Shown: positions 1-10,559 of the stretch, one piece after another
Position numbering within the stretch: the first letter of the stretch is position 1
How the letters are laid out: every line of letters begins with the position of its first letter
Origin: Candidatus Latescibacterota bacterium
GTDB taxonomy: Bacteria > Latescibacterota > UBA2968 > GCA-2709665
Direction of reading: 5' to 3'
Assembly: GCA_963667175.2 (NCBI GenBank)
Contig: CAXXXF010000006.1
Span: forward strand, 64,001-128,000
Length of the DNA stretch: 64,000 nucleotides
Notes under the pieces: generated by a model
The model's input: only the letters and a program-made list of their open reading frames with translations
Told to the model about the DNA's origin: nothing
Databases searched by the model: none
Translations under genes and position numbers: made by a program

Positions 1-1085
1 AGGCTACTGCCCGGACCGCCGTGCACGTACAACACTGCGGTCTCTCGCGGGGAATGTGGAACCAGGCGTTGTGCCGGCAGTTGCCAACCATCCGAAGCAG
101 GAACTGTGAATTCCTCCAGCTTGAAGTTCGGCCCGGACTCCGTATGCTCAGCCTCGGCTGTACACTTACCCGACTCATCCCAACGGTAGACTCTATTGTC
201 CGTGCCCAGGAAGTAGACGATGTCGCTGTCCGCCGCGATGGCAATTTGATGCCAGGTCAGGTTCTTCGGCACACTGACGCCGGATGGAAGCTTGAGCCGG
301 GCGTCGACATGTCCCTCGGGAAACCGCAACCAGACGAGTTCATCGGGCAGAATGCAGAGCAGCCTGTTTGTTAGCGCGGAGAATGCTCCTTCATGCACAG
401 ATCGATTGTCCCAGGTCCACACAGAATCTCGATTCGTAAGATCTACTACCCGAACGCCCTCTCCAACCTGGTCAACCTCCTGAAGTGAAAACCGCCTTCC
501 ATCACGAGACCACGGGTATCTACCGAATCGCTGACCATTCGCCCCGGACACGAGGGAGGACATTTTCCGTTGTTCAATATCATAAAGGTAAACTCGCTTG
601 GGCTTATCAGGCTCCTCAAGGTTCTGGCGATGAAATGCAATCCGGTCACCGGATGGGGACCAATTCGGAAACCTGTCTACAGCATCCGGGGAGGAGGTCA
701 ATCTCTCAAGCCTGCCATCGGCCAGTGTGAGGCGGAAGATATCCGGTGGCCGTCCATCGGGTTGCCTGTCGTAGGCAGAGAATACGAGCCCCAAACCGTC
801 CGGCGACCACTCACTGAAGCCAGCCTGCATAGACGGGTCTTCATACACGATCCTGGTGTTGTCCTGGGATACTTCATGGACACCAATTCGACCGTCGTTA
901 CCGGAAAACGTCAGGCGAAGACCATCTGACGCCCAGCGCGGATGATGCGGCAGGAACTCGGCTGGGATCTCCCCGATGGTTTCCCCTGAGGATTCCATGA
1001 TCTTCAACCAGGCCTCACCCGAAATCCCACGGCACTGCAAGACTATTCGACCTGAAATTGGATCGACATCGAAATCGCTTATCAA
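1..1085 (-). CDS. S9-family peptidase with TolB/PD40-like beta-propeller (3' end outside window)
   Basis: Not in the ORF track because it has no stop in the window. Manual translation is open from TTG at 1085 (RBS GGAGGGAGG) to base 1, with PRWASDG, EWSPDG and PNWSPSGD repeats and VLYVHGGPG. Confidence 0.85.
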   Translation of the reverse strand, partial: MISDFDVDPISGRIVLQCRGISGEAWLKIMESSGETIGEIPAEFLPHHPRWASDGLRLTFSGNDGRIGVHEVSQDNTRIVYEDPSMQAGFSEWSPDGLGLVFSAYDRQPDGRPPDIFRLTLADGRLERLTSSPDAVDRFPNWSPSGDRIAFHRQNLEEPDKPKRVYLYDIEQRKMSSLVSGANGQRFGRYPWSRDGRRFSLQEVDQVGEGVRVVDLTNRDSVWTWDNRSVHEGAFSALTNRLLCILPDELVWLRFPEGHVDARLKLPSGVSVPKNLTWHQIAIAADSDIVYFLGTDNRVYRWDESGKCTAEAEHTESGPNFKLEEFTVPASDGWQLPAQRLVPHSPRETAVLYVHGGPGSS

Positions 1086-1152
1086 CGAATCCTCCCTCCG
1101 ATAGAACTGAATCGCACCCCTGGACAAACCGAACGAAACAGCCTCAAATTGG

Positions 1153-1243
1153 GGCTGACGTTTCGCCGGTTTGCGAACCACAAAGGTGGTTGCCGAAGGC
1201 CAGGACGGCGATGGCGCCGCAGCGCAACACCGCGTTGTCACAC
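1153..1243 (-). repeat. attC-like site (family 1)
   Basis: GGCTGAC-gtttcgccggtttgcgaacc...ggttgccgaaggcc...gcgcaacaccgcgtt-GTCACAC; homologous to 2848, 20214, 21008, 26442 and 37449. Confidence 0.8.
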
Positions 1244-1277
1244 GTAGATGGTCGACGTCGATGCCTAACGGCGCCGT

Positions 1278-2045
1278 TCAATTTGGCCCCTCCTTTTGCG
1301 CTTCGATCAGGAATTTCCTTGCCGTGAACGCCAGCTCATCGCCGCTGTCCAGGCGCTGTTGCAGCCTAAACAGGTGTTCCACGTGCGTTTCAACTGAAAA
1401 CCCGGGTACCAGCCAGGGAACAGCCTTCAGGTAATAGACCACGGCGCCCACGTCGGCGAAAGCCACCTGGCCGGACCATTCTTCGGCATTGAGAATCGTC
1501 AGACCGGTCGTTCTCAATTGAGCCACAACCCCTTCAAGGGTGGATCCGGGCCATTGCGGTTTAACGCCAAACGCTGCCAGCAGGTCATATGCCCATAACC
1601 CGTGAACCTGCTGTGTCAGGAATGTACCGCCAGTCGTGAGAATACGGGCAACTTCATCAGGGTTGAATGCAGAGTGGCGATTTAGAACAAGATCAAACTC
1701 GCTATCGGGAAATGGCATCGGATCGCAATCAGTCAATCGAACATCTGCAACTTTCGCTCCCAATGGAACGAGACGTTCTGTTGCCAACTTGAGGTTAGGT
1801 GCATATTCCTCCGTTGCCACAACCTCTTCGGGCCAGAATTCCTGTAAGTCCCGGAACCGCTCACCACCACCTGTACCCAGGTCAATGACAGATGAACAAC
1901 GACGCAAGAGCTCGGCAGCCCGTAAAGAATAAGACCATGGCGTCTTCTCTTCGAACATCCTGCCATCCAGCCAGGAAAAGTCCCATCCCGAGAAAGGCTG
2001 TTCTTCTTCACGTTGCCAACTATCGACAAGCTTGCCTAGACTCAT
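1278..2045 (-). CDS. class I SAM-dependent methyltransferase
   Basis: IDLGTGGGE motif I; MPFPDSEFDLV. Confidence 0.85.
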   Translation of the reverse strand: MSLGKLVDSWQREEEQPFSGWDFSWLDGRMFEEKTPWSYSLRAAELLRRCSSVIDLGTGGGERFRDLQEFWPEEVVATEEYAPNLKLATERLVPLGAKVADVRLTDCDPMPFPDSEFDLVLNRHSAFNPDEVARILTTGGTFLTQQVHGLWAYDLLAAFGVKPQWPGSTLEGVVAQLRTTGLTILNAEEWSGQVAFADVGAVVYYLKAVPWLVPGFSVETHVEHLFRLQQRLDSGDELAFTARKFLIEAQKEGPN

Positions 2046-2102
2046 GTTGCACGCTATCTGTGAGTCGTGCCGGCCAATTGATTGACCGGGCACACGTTTT
2101 TC

Positions 2103-2187
2103 GTGTTACGTTTTCCGTGCCCTAACCGCGAAGCGTTTGCGCGAGAGAAACCCAGCTCCGCATGCGGTTAAGCACGTGTTGTATGAT
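2103..2187 (-). repeat. attC-like site (degenerate cores)
   Basis: Stem cgtgccctaaccgcg/tgcggttaagcacg; resembles 25369-25451. Confidence 0.6.
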
Positions 2188-2225
2188 GCGGTGTCCACTT
2201 CGGATGGTCGCGGTAACGTCGTGGG

Positions 2226-2789
2226 TCAACCGATCACGGAGGACGTTTGGTGTCGGTTCAGCGGCAGCATGAAGTACGCACTGCAGTCACCCTCATGCTC
2301 GTTTACAGCAGGTTGAATACCGAAACCCATGGATATGTTAAGAGCGTGATTTTCAATGTTGCTGTAACAGCTGCGCTCTCGTACCTGGTAGCAGCCAAGA
2401 TCACGTGCCCAGGAAACCGCGGTCTGCTTTAATCGCCTCCCGATGCCCCGACGCCGATATTGAGGTTTGACGAAGAAGGCGACGACCTTTGCTTCCAGTA
2501 CTGGCCTTTCGTTGCGCTCAAGGCCGGGCTTGTCTTCATCGATCCCAATCTGCTGCGTCCAAAACCTCAGGTAACCCACCACTTGATCCCGAACATGCGC
2601 AGCAATGGTGAATGGCCCAGAGTGGTACTCGCACGTCTTGGCGTTGAGTCCGGCTCCTTCGCCTCTCTCGTCAGCGAATGCAAGGAATCTCTGCCATGAG
2701 GCGTGCGTGGATTCCAGCGGCATTATTCGGACGTTTTCAGGCAGTGGCATTTCAATCTCCCGTCTGTGAGGTGAGTATTGACTCGGCAT
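2226..2789 (-). CDS. GNAT acetyltransferase
   Basis: FVKPQYRRRGIGRRL acetyl-CoA motif; true start probably near 2750. Confidence 0.85.
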   Translation of the reverse strand: MPSQYSPHRREIEMPLPENVRIMPLESTHASWQRFLAFADERGEGAGLNAKTCEYHSGPFTIAAHVRDQVVGYLRFWTQQIGIDEDKPGLERNERPVLEAKVVAFFVKPQYRRRGIGRRLKQTAVSWARDLGCYQVRERSCYSNIENHALNISMGFGIQPAVNEHEGDCSAYFMLPLNRHQTSSVIG

Positions 2790-2847
2790 TCCGTATTAAC
2801 CACCGCCTCGGATGCACCGGGGTAGCCACTTGGCCTGTTTCACTTTC

Positions 2848-2937
2848 ACACGACGTCTCGCCGGCTTGCGAACCCGCGTAGAGGGTTGCCGAAGGCCAAC
2901 GCGCGTCTGCGCCACGGTGCAAGCCTTGCTGTGGGCA
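2848..2937 (-). repeat. attC-like site (family 1)
   Basis: ACACGAC-gtctcgccggcttgcgaacc...gggttgccgaaggcc...gcaagccttgct-GTGGGCA. Confidence 0.75.
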
Positions 2938-2974
2938 GATGTCGTATCTCGGCCGCGATTTACTATGCAGGCTG

Positions 2975-3065
2975 CTGTTCCGAAAGGAGCGTTGGCGAAC
3001 AATTGCGTCAATTTCTGGACTGACAAGGGTTGCCAACGGCTGAAGGGAATATCAGGAGTGGTCAT
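2975..3065 (-). pseudogene. N-terminal fragment of an aminoglycoside-nucleotidyltransferase-like protein
   Basis: WQPLSVQKLTQLFANAPF resembles the N-terminus of this family; the frame then runs into the attC. Confidence 0.45.
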
Positions 3066-3212
3066 ACAGTTCGCATTCTGCGCTTAAATGATGTCCGCTG
3101 ACGTGCAAGCATTGCAGAAGCGGCACTTCCAATCAGTGAATGAGATTTTTGGCATTAAGTCAGTGTCTCACGCCGGCCCGTTTGGTAAGAAGCGACGAAG
3201 GAGCGGAGAATC

Positions 3213-5027
3213 TTATAGATCTTCATTCGGCATCTGCGGATGTTGGGCAGGAAAGAGCGCATCCAGGAGCTCTGCCGCATCTCCGGTAAACAACATGCCC
3301 AACCGTTCGGCAATTTCACCAGGTGGTTCTTTTCCAATGATGATTTGTGCAAACTCATGACCACATTCAATGGTGTTTTCTGCTTTGCCGCCGGGCTGCA
3401 CAGAGATTTCACTGTTGTCGATGGATAGCACTGCAGACTGGTCCGGGATAGAAATCTTCAATGTGCCCATGAAATCTCCGAGACCCGATTTTCGTATACG
3501 TCGAGACAGTTCAGGTGCGATCTTACTCAGCGTCGTCTCCAGGTTGATGATGCGAATCTGGTTCCCCGTCCGACCATTGTGGTTTCTGGCTGAATAAAGA
3601 TGAGGCAACTGTCGCACGCGTCGTGCCAGCGCGCTGCGCCAGGGGAGTCGGACGAATTGCACCCTGTGTCCCTGGTATTGCCGGGCAAGTTGCCCTAAAA
3701 CGCGCAGGATCTGTTCCGGATCACCGGCTGAATCCGTATGACGCAGGTCGCGCCCCTCGTGATCTTTCTCTGTATTCGGGCCATCGTAGAGATAACCCAC
3801 CGCACGTCCGGTTTTATCGTTGAAAATGTACGCTGTCCACGGATCGTCGTCTTCCGGCGGGCATTTGCCTCTTCGGTATGTTGGACGGACGGTCGTGCCG
3901 GTCAATCCGTCGTGCCATCGATTGTGAAGTTCAGCCAGGTCTCTGCGCCCGTGAATCACGTTGACATGTACTTCCTCCAGCTCTATTTCCGGCGCTGCCT
4001 CAGGCAGGTGCTCGGTGTCTATAAAATACGTCTCCTGATCCGGCCAGGCAAGCACGTAGCCGAAATTCGCAAAGCGATCGAGCGGTTCGGTACGTGTACA
4101 CGACATATCATAACCATGGGCATACATGGCGTCCAGCGCCGCCTGAATTGTTGCCGCGTAGATCCCCTCATCCCGATAGTCGGGATGCACGGTCGGCAGA
4201 TTGATGCCCCCGGTCCGGACCGTTGCGCTGCCGATGCGCATCGACAGATCGTAAATGCCCGCGTGCGTGACCACATCACCATCCATCGTTCCGATCCGCG
4301 ACGTCAGCCAGTCGTAGTGACTGTGCGCGATGCGTCCTGCGCGACACTGACGGCTGATGGCGTTCCAGCGCCTGTCCAGCAACTCATAGATATCTTCGCT
4401 ATGATCCGCTTTATCCGGCGCCAGGATTTCTCGCACACGGTCAATGAACCGCTCGTCCCGCGAAGGCCGGCTCTCATGTATATTGTCCTTCACCATATCG
4501 AATAGCCTTTCCTTGAGCCGTTTCCGCGCCGACCGCAAACGGTTCTTCACGACGGCGACTGACACACCCAGAAAAGCGGCCACTTCCCGCTGTGAATAAT
4601 CCGAAATGTAGAACAAAGACACGGCCTGGCGCTCGTTTTCGGGCAATGTGTCGATCGCTTCTCGCACAAGGCACCGCATCTCGTTTTCTTCTGTTGTCCG
4701 ATCCGGATGCCGGTCTTCCGATGCGATCTCGACAAGCTGTTCCATGGATACGATCTCGACCTTCTTTCCCCGGCGCGTCATCCGATCGCAATGTTTGAAA
4801 ACGATCTTGCGTAACAAAGCAGGAAAAGCGAAGACATCGTACACCCGCTCCAGATTCACCCACGCCTCTAAAAACGCCTCCTGCGCCGCGTCCTGTGCCA
4901 GGTGAAAATCCCTCAACAACGCGAATCCGTATCCCACGGCGAGATCCTGAAAGCCTTCGACAATTTGCTCGTAGGCCGTCAGATCTCCTTGCTTTGCGCG
5001 TTCAAATATCGGCTTCAGTGTCTCCAT
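3213..5027 (-). CDS. ECF sigma-70 factor fused to Eis-like GNAT and SCP2-like domains
   Basis: Region 2 AQDAAQEAFLEAW; region 4 YSQREVAAFLGVSVAVVKNRLRSARKRL; TVHPDYRDEG GNAT motif; RBS AGAGGAG before 5027. Confidence 0.85.
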   Translation of the reverse strand: METLKPIFERAKQGDLTAYEQIVEGFQDLAVGYGFALLRDFHLAQDAAQEAFLEAWVNLERVYDVFAFPALLRKIVFKHCDRMTRRGKKVEIVSMEQLVEIASEDRHPDRTTEENEMRCLVREAIDTLPENERQAVSLFYISDYSQREVAAFLGVSVAVVKNRLRSARKRLKERLFDMVKDNIHESRPSRDERFIDRVREILAPDKADHSEDIYELLDRRWNAISRQCRAGRIAHSHYDWLTSRIGTMDGDVVTHAGIYDLSMRIGSATVRTGGINLPTVHPDYRDEGIYAATIQAALDAMYAHGYDMSCTRTEPLDRFANFGYVLAWPDQETYFIDTEHLPEAAPEIELEEVHVNVIHGRRDLAELHNRWHDGLTGTTVRPTYRRGKCPPEDDDPWTAYIFNDKTGRAVGYLYDGPNTEKDHEGRDLRHTDSAGDPEQILRVLGQLARQYQGHRVQFVRLPWRSALARRVRQLPHLYSARNHNGRTGNQIRIINLETTLSKIAPELSRRIRKSGLGDFMGTLKISIPDQSAVLSIDNSEISVQPGGKAENTIECGHEFAQIIIGKEPPGEIAERLGMLFTGDAAELLDALFPAQHPQMPNEDL

Positions 5028-5423
5028 CTCGCTCCTCTGACTATGAAGTCCTTCACCGATAATATCCCATTTGGATTGCATTGGGTGTACTTATCCGATG
5101 TATTTTGATCTCCTGAAAGGAACAGGAAGATTCCAAGATATTAATAAACAATGGTTTAACAAAATCCGAAAAACGAGCGCGGGACTGTGCTATTCGATGA
5201 AATTCGGCCTGCCCGAAAGGCGTTTGGGTGGGTCGTCGGAAAGGAGAGAAGGGAGGACTTTGAAAGGCTGGGTTGTCGCGGATACTTGTCTCTGCCTGCA
5301 ATATGTCGTTTTTTCCTGGGGTGGGCAATTTCGGCAGACAATCCTCAAACTGCACGGTATCTGTGATCAGTGCCGATCAGTTGGTCGACCGGGCCCTCAC
5401 TTTTCGTTTAACATTCTCCCCTG

Positions 5424-6551
5424 TCAGGCCGGGGTTCCGCGCCAGAAATCGTTGTACGCCGCCAGCGGCCCGTCCCCGTGCGACCCGGTAGCCAGATCCA
5501 GCCCCCCGAAGAGATAGACGGACTCGCCCCCCACTGCCATAACGGGGATTCGCCTGACACCGGGACGTTCGGCGCCGGCAGAGTAGTCCTTCGCACCGTT
5601 GTGTGGATACAGACAGTCCCACCGGCCGGCACGAAGATCGTACTGCCACAGATCGTTCAGCTGGGGGTGCTCCCCTTCCCCTCCTGCAAATCCTCCGAAC
5701 AGATACAGGTAATCTCCGATCACAGCGTATCCCAGCCCGTACCGAGGGGAAGGCCGTGCAACATCATCCGCCCGGTTCTCCTGAATGCAGGTCCAGGCGC
5801 CTCCGTCGGGATCGTATTCCCACAGATCGTTGTAGAACTCCGGCGCTCGACCCTGACTGTCCCGACCGCCCCACAGGTAGAGCCTGCCGTTCCAGCCGGC
5901 CAGCACGGGACAGTATCGTTTCGGCGGCCAACCGTCGCGCCCATTCGATGCAGGCCCCAGGTACTCCCATTTCCCGGCCGGCGCCCCGTAGGTCCACAGC
6001 TGTGCGTGCGTCATCGCGCCATGTCCCCCCATCAGATACAGGGAGTCGCCCAGAGCAACCGCCCCCATCCCGCCGTACCCGGCGGGGCGATGCCCCTCCG
6101 CCGCAATTCCTGATGCGCGCCCGTCGTCGGGCTCTATCAGCTCCCACGAGGCTGTCTTCGGATCGTAGGCCCAGAGATCGTTCAGCTTGATCTCCCCCTT
6201 GCCGGGGCCCCGCACTGAGGACCCGCCAAAAAGATAAAGCCTGCCGTTCACGGGCAGCCAGGTCGTGAGCTTCCGGGTACACGGTCTGGTATCGGACGGT
6301 CTGAACCCGATGCGCCCATCGTGGTCTTCCAACCGCGTCCACCGGCCTCGACCCGGGTCGTAGCGCCACAGGTCGTTCAATGAGCCCTGGACGGAAAGAT
6401 CTCCAGGCCCCTTCGGCCGGCCGTACATCACTTTTATCCCGCCGAACAGGTAGACGCATCCATTGTAGCTCAACATCCCGCCGAAGGCCGCCCGCCTGCA
6501 GGGTACATCCTCGGCTTGCTCCTGATCCGGATGCAACAGTTCCCAATTCAT
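5424..6551 (-). CDS. Kelch-repeat beta-propeller protein
   Basis: Repeated LYLFGG...NDLWxYD units. Confidence 0.9.
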   Translation of the reverse strand: MNWELLHPDQEQAEDVPCRRAAFGGMLSYNGCVYLFGGIKVMYGRPKGPGDLSVQGSLNDLWRYDPGRGRWTRLEDHDGRIGFRPSDTRPCTRKLTTWLPVNGRLYLFGGSSVRGPGKGEIKLNDLWAYDPKTASWELIEPDDGRASGIAAEGHRPAGYGGMGAVALGDSLYLMGGHGAMTHAQLWTYGAPAGKWEYLGPASNGRDGWPPKRYCPVLAGWNGRLYLWGGRDSQGRAPEFYNDLWEYDPDGGAWTCIQENRADDVARPSPRYGLGYAVIGDYLYLFGGFAGGEGEHPQLNDLWQYDLRAGRWDCLYPHNGAKDYSAGAERPGVRRIPVMAVGGESVYLFGGLDLATGSHGDGPLAAYNDFWRGTPA

Positions 6552-6672
6552 AGCGGACCTCCGTACGGCATGACGTGCGATCCTGCGGAGAAAGTTCGGC
6601 GAATTCCATTGGTTGCAAAAAAATTCCGATACAGTTTATTCGCCGAGGATGATTGCTGCCCCCCAAACGGCT

Positions 6673-8130
6673 TCAGGACGCATAAAGAGCAAACAGCCTG
6701 GCGCGGTCCAGGTACACTTTGACCTTGACCCCTCCCCGTGCCTGTGAGACCATCTTCTCTTCGAGCCCACCCGCTTTATCCACGACCGCGCCTGGCGGAT
6801 CGCTTTTCCATTGTACCCGGTATTCTGTTTCATTCCCTGAGAAGCGTATGCAATCTTCTTTGCCAAAACCCGGCACGACCCGGTCAAACGGATCGACGAT
6901 CTCCACTCGCAGCGACCCGCCCGTCGCATCGGCGTTGATCCACAATGCATTGGCCTCGATACTCAGCGGGACCGTGGTCACAACCCCCTGCGCCTCCGTC
7001 TTCAGACAGACCAGCCGGTCCTTTTCGATCTTTGCCAGATTGATTCCCCGCCGGGACTCTTCGCCGTAGCGCGTCCCCTCGCCGTGCAGTTCGTTTGAGC
7101 AACTGTGATAGATCCAGATCTCGTCGTCACGGACAAAGGGGGCATGAGACGGATAGACACTTCCACTGTCGTGGCTGCCGCGGGGGCCGCAGTCCAGAAT
7201 GGGTTCGCGGTTGCCCGCCCGTTGCCAGGTCCGGCCGTTCTTCGAGTAGGTCAATTGGATGTCCATCCGGTTCATCCATTCCGGCATCCAATCTTCGATC
7301 CGGTTTCGGGCGATCCACCCCTCGTGGAGCGTGTGAAACACGGACAGGAAGCCGATACGAAAGTCGCGATACGCCAGCGAACTCATGCCGTAAAACTCCT
7401 GGTCCTGCGGCGGATCGTGCTCATCGGGTGCGACGATGATCTTGCGCGGGGTCCAGTTTTCGAAATCATCACTCTCGGCCATGCAAATGATGCGCACGTT
7501 AGGCCGGCCCCGAAGATAAACGACGTAGCGGTGAATCTTCGCGTCCCAATAAGCGACCAGGTGGGTATCCGAACCCTGTGGAATGACCGGGTTGAGCCAG
7601 CGCTGGGGCACGTCCCAATGAATCCCGTCGGCAGAATACGCCACACAGACCGGCTGCACAATGCCGGCGAATATCATGTCTCCGCTCTGGAACATGAAGA
7701 GCATCTTGTAGCGCCTGGCCGGGTCGGTTTCGATAGGGTCTTTCATGACTCCTGTCCCGGCCCCCCACCGCAGAAAGGGAAAGACCAGGTTATTCTCTTT
7801 GCTGCCGGCATCCTCAACGAGGTTGAGAACGGGTTTTTCCCAGTGGATGCCGTCCCTGGACACGGCGTAGGCCAGTCCGTCCGCCGCTTCGCCGCGCGCT
7901 TCGCTCAATCTTCGGCTCACGCCGTACCACATCTTGAAGGTATCTTCGTCGTCATCGTACAGGACGTTGACGTAGCCCCCGATCAGCCACTCCTCTTCCC
8001 AGGCCCGATCCTTCTCAATCAACGGTTGTTGCGAAACTTTCTTTGCGGGTACGACCCCTCGCGCGACGCTGTCGAGACTCTCGATAAACGTATTGTCAAT
8101 GAATAGGAAGGCCGCTTTCTCGTCCGTCAT
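6673..8130 (-). CDS. five-bladed beta-propeller glycoside-hydrolase-like protein
   Basis: YAVSRDGIHWEKP, AYSADGIHW and SKNGRTW repeats; paralogue of 31752-33311. Confidence 0.7.
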   Translation of the reverse strand: MTDEKAAFLFIDNTFIESLDSVARGVVPAKKVSQQPLIEKDRAWEEEWLIGGYVNVLYDDDEDTFKMWYGVSRRLSEARGEAADGLAYAVSRDGIHWEKPVLNLVEDAGSKENNLVFPFLRWGAGTGVMKDPIETDPARRYKMLFMFQSGDMIFAGIVQPVCVAYSADGIHWDVPQRWLNPVIPQGSDTHLVAYWDAKIHRYVVYLRGRPNVRIICMAESDDFENWTPRKIIVAPDEHDPPQDQEFYGMSSLAYRDFRIGFLSVFHTLHEGWIARNRIEDWMPEWMNRMDIQLTYSKNGRTWQRAGNREPILDCGPRGSHDSGSVYPSHAPFVRDDEIWIYHSCSNELHGEGTRYGEESRRGINLAKIEKDRLVCLKTEAQGVVTTVPLSIEANALWINADATGGSLRVEIVDPFDRVVPGFGKEDCIRFSGNETEYRVQWKSDPPGAVVDKAGGLEEKMVSQARGGVKVKVYLDRARLFALYAS

Positions 8131-8241
8131 CGGTCTCTCCTGGTATTGGATTTCTACCCCATCTTCCACCGAACTCGCTGTAGAATGTCGAAGATCAACA
8201 GTCCGTGCCGGGTTCAGGCCGATTCCCTGCTCGTACACAAT

Positions 8242-9117
8242 CTATATCTCAACAGTCGTAAGCTCGTCAGGACACACGATACAACCGTTATATCCGTTCC
8301 CATGATAGCCTCGGCGGAGCCTGGCGACGGTCTCCTCACCGCGCAGAGAACCGCAGTGGATGACCACGACCCTCGATATGCCGGCTTCATTAGCGATGTC
8401 AACGACCTCCGATATGTCCGCGCTGACGCCCCGGATCGGATGCGAAGCATCTTCGTCATTCTCTTTGAAATTGCGCATAGAGAGCCCGGTAACGAATGTA
8501 TCAACCCGCCTGGCCAATGGCCTCAGTTCGGGACAGTCCGCTGCATCGCACAGGAAGAGTACGCTGCCGCTATCCGTATCGATCCGGTACGCCAGCTCGG
8601 TCAGGTAAGGCTCGACATGAGGAACCTGTACAGCCGTCGCCTTCCAACCTTTGCCCTCGACAACCGCTCCTGAACTGATGTCGGATACATCGACCTTCAT
8701 GCCCGGACGGGGAAGCGTTCCGCCTCTCCCCACGTGCCCGTGGTGGCTGATGTGGTGTTTTCGACGCGCAACGATGTCGGGAAGGAAGGCGCCGTCCTTG
8801 CCAAAAAGGCGATCGACGAATTCGAATGTCGGAGGCGGACCAAAGACTCTGAGCGGAGGAAGATCGCCGGGGTCGAGATCGAACCGTAGCAATGCAAAGC
8901 ACGGGAAATCAACGATATGATCCGAATGATGGTGAGTCAGGAAAATCGAATTCACCTGTGTAGGGCTCATTCCCATGCGTGCCATCTTGTAGGTTGTGCC
9001 GGGGCCGCAATCAACCATGATACGATCGTCACCGATCTCGAGAATGCAGGAACACCCGTAGCGTTCACCCATACGGCTGGGACGAGGACCACCGTTTCCG
9101 AGAATGTGTAGCTTCAT
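8242..9117 (-). CDS. MBL-fold metallo-hydrolase (RNase Z/arylsulfatase-like)
   Basis: VDCGPG; THHHSDH. Confidence 0.85.
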   Translation of the reverse strand: MKLHILGNGGPRPSRMGERYGCSCILEIGDDRIMVDCGPGTTYKMARMGMSPTQVNSIFLTHHHSDHIVDFPCFALLRFDLDPGDLPPLRVFGPPPTFEFVDRLFGKDGAFLPDIVARRKHHISHHGHVGRGGTLPRPGMKVDVSDISSGAVVEGKGWKATAVQVPHVEPYLTELAYRIDTDSGSVLFLCDAADCPELRPLARRVDTFVTGLSMRNFKENDEDASHPIRGVSADISEVVDIANEAGISRVVVIHCGSLRGEETVARLRRGYHGNGYNGCIVCPDELTTVEI

Positions 9118-9218
9118 TTGGCCGTCACCGGGTAGCCTTTCGCTTATCGTGCACTCATATTGGTCGTCTCGCCGCCAACTCTAGCTTATGACGATCAAGT
9201 CTCCCCGTTTCCCGCCTC

Positions 9219-10559
9219 TCAGCCTGCTTCGCGACGTTGACCCAGACGCAAAGCCCAGGGATCACCCAGCCGGTCAATAACCGCTTTTTCGCTCAAGCCT
9301 GAATGCTTCACCACCCAATTCAATTCCTCCTCGAGTGTGATCTCAAATCCGCCAGGATCGTCCGTGCAGATCGCAAGATCCACCTCTGATTCAAGGAATC
9401 TGTGAATCGGGTGGGCGCCGGAGTGCGGGATGCCACCGATACGAAGATTTGAGGTCGGGCAGCACTCGATCGCCGTTTCCAACCGTGTCAATTCGTCGAG
9501 GACGTACTCCTGGCGTGCGTGAATATTGGAGATTCTCGTGCTGTCATAGTGTGAGCGTACGACATCACCAGGATCCATCGCTTCCAGACAACGTCTCTCC
9601 GATTTCAGTTCGTTTTCTTTCACGACAACACCGTATTCGGACAGTTCTTCGGCTCTCTCCAGGTCATACGCAATCTGATCGAGACGTTCCTCTACCGATT
9701 CCTGTTCGTGCGCTCCAGGGCGCCTTGCAAGTGCTGTACGAGCGTCCAGGCCCAAAGCGATCGCGTGACCCAATCTTCTGACGCCCAATTCGGCGACTTC
9801 GTGACACCACCGGATTGCGCTCTCAAGCGACTTGTCGAAGTATTGTTCGCCAACGTGATATACGACATCAAGAGCCTGATCCGGTCGGGCTTCATTGTCA
9901 GTCTCCAACTGAGTCAACAATCGGGCCACATGCTTCGGTGGATTCCCTTCCTCGACGCTCGCGAAATCAACTCCCACGAGTGTTTCCACGAGCTCCGGAT
10001 GTTTTTCGAGTAAATCCCGGGTGAGTTTATAAGCATCCTCGGCAGCATGGCGCGGTATGCTCACAATGTACCTGGCCGTAAACGATGCGTCGCGGGCCGC
10101 CTGAAGAGCCCTGGCACAGAAGGGATGCCAGAACATAAACCCGTCCATTCCGCTGCCGCAGCGATATTCGACGTAGCGATAGCCTTCCCTCTTGTGGCGA
10201 GCGAGCATGTGCCGAAGGAGATCACCCTCACGATCAAGCTCACGGAGATGACTCCACACTCGCAAAAAGAACCCGTTCTTCGCCTCCCACCTCCCAAAAT
10301 CCCCTCCGTCCTCGACCGTGTACACGTAAGCTCGCCGGAGTTCTTCAAGTCCCGCAGCATCCTCTACAGCTCGATCGAATATTCCAATCGGATCTAATGA
10401 AGTCTCGTACAGCTCATTATAGCGGTCTACAAAGCCTTCCTCGTTCCAATTGACACCTCTGTAGACGTCCTTCCCGAGATCAAAAAAGTCCTGCGTCGTG
10501 TATGCACCCAGTATGTGAAGATGTAGATCTGTTGTGCTCAGATCCCTCAACGAGGGCAT
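9219..10559 (-). CDS. adenosine/AMP deaminase family protein
   Basis: DLHLH, YHVGE, RLGHA, CPTSN, CTDDP. Confidence 0.85.
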   Translation of the reverse strand: MPSLRDLSTTDLHLHILGAYTTQDFFDLGKDVYRGVNWNEEGFVDRYNELYETSLDPIGIFDRAVEDAAGLEELRRAYVYTVEDGGDFGRWEAKNGFFLRVWSHLRELDREGDLLRHMLARHKREGYRYVEYRCGSGMDGFMFWHPFCARALQAARDASFTARYIVSIPRHAAEDAYKLTRDLLEKHPELVETLVGVDFASVEEGNPPKHVARLLTQLETDNEARPDQALDVVYHVGEQYFDKSLESAIRWCHEVAELGVRRLGHAIALGLDARTALARRPGAHEQESVEERLDQIAYDLERAEELSEYGVVVKENELKSERRCLEAMDPGDVVRSHYDSTRISNIHARQEYVLDELTRLETAIECCPTSNLRIGGIPHSGAHPIHRFLESEVDLAICTDDPGGFEITLEEELNWVVKHSGLSEKAVIDRLGDPWALRLGQRREAG

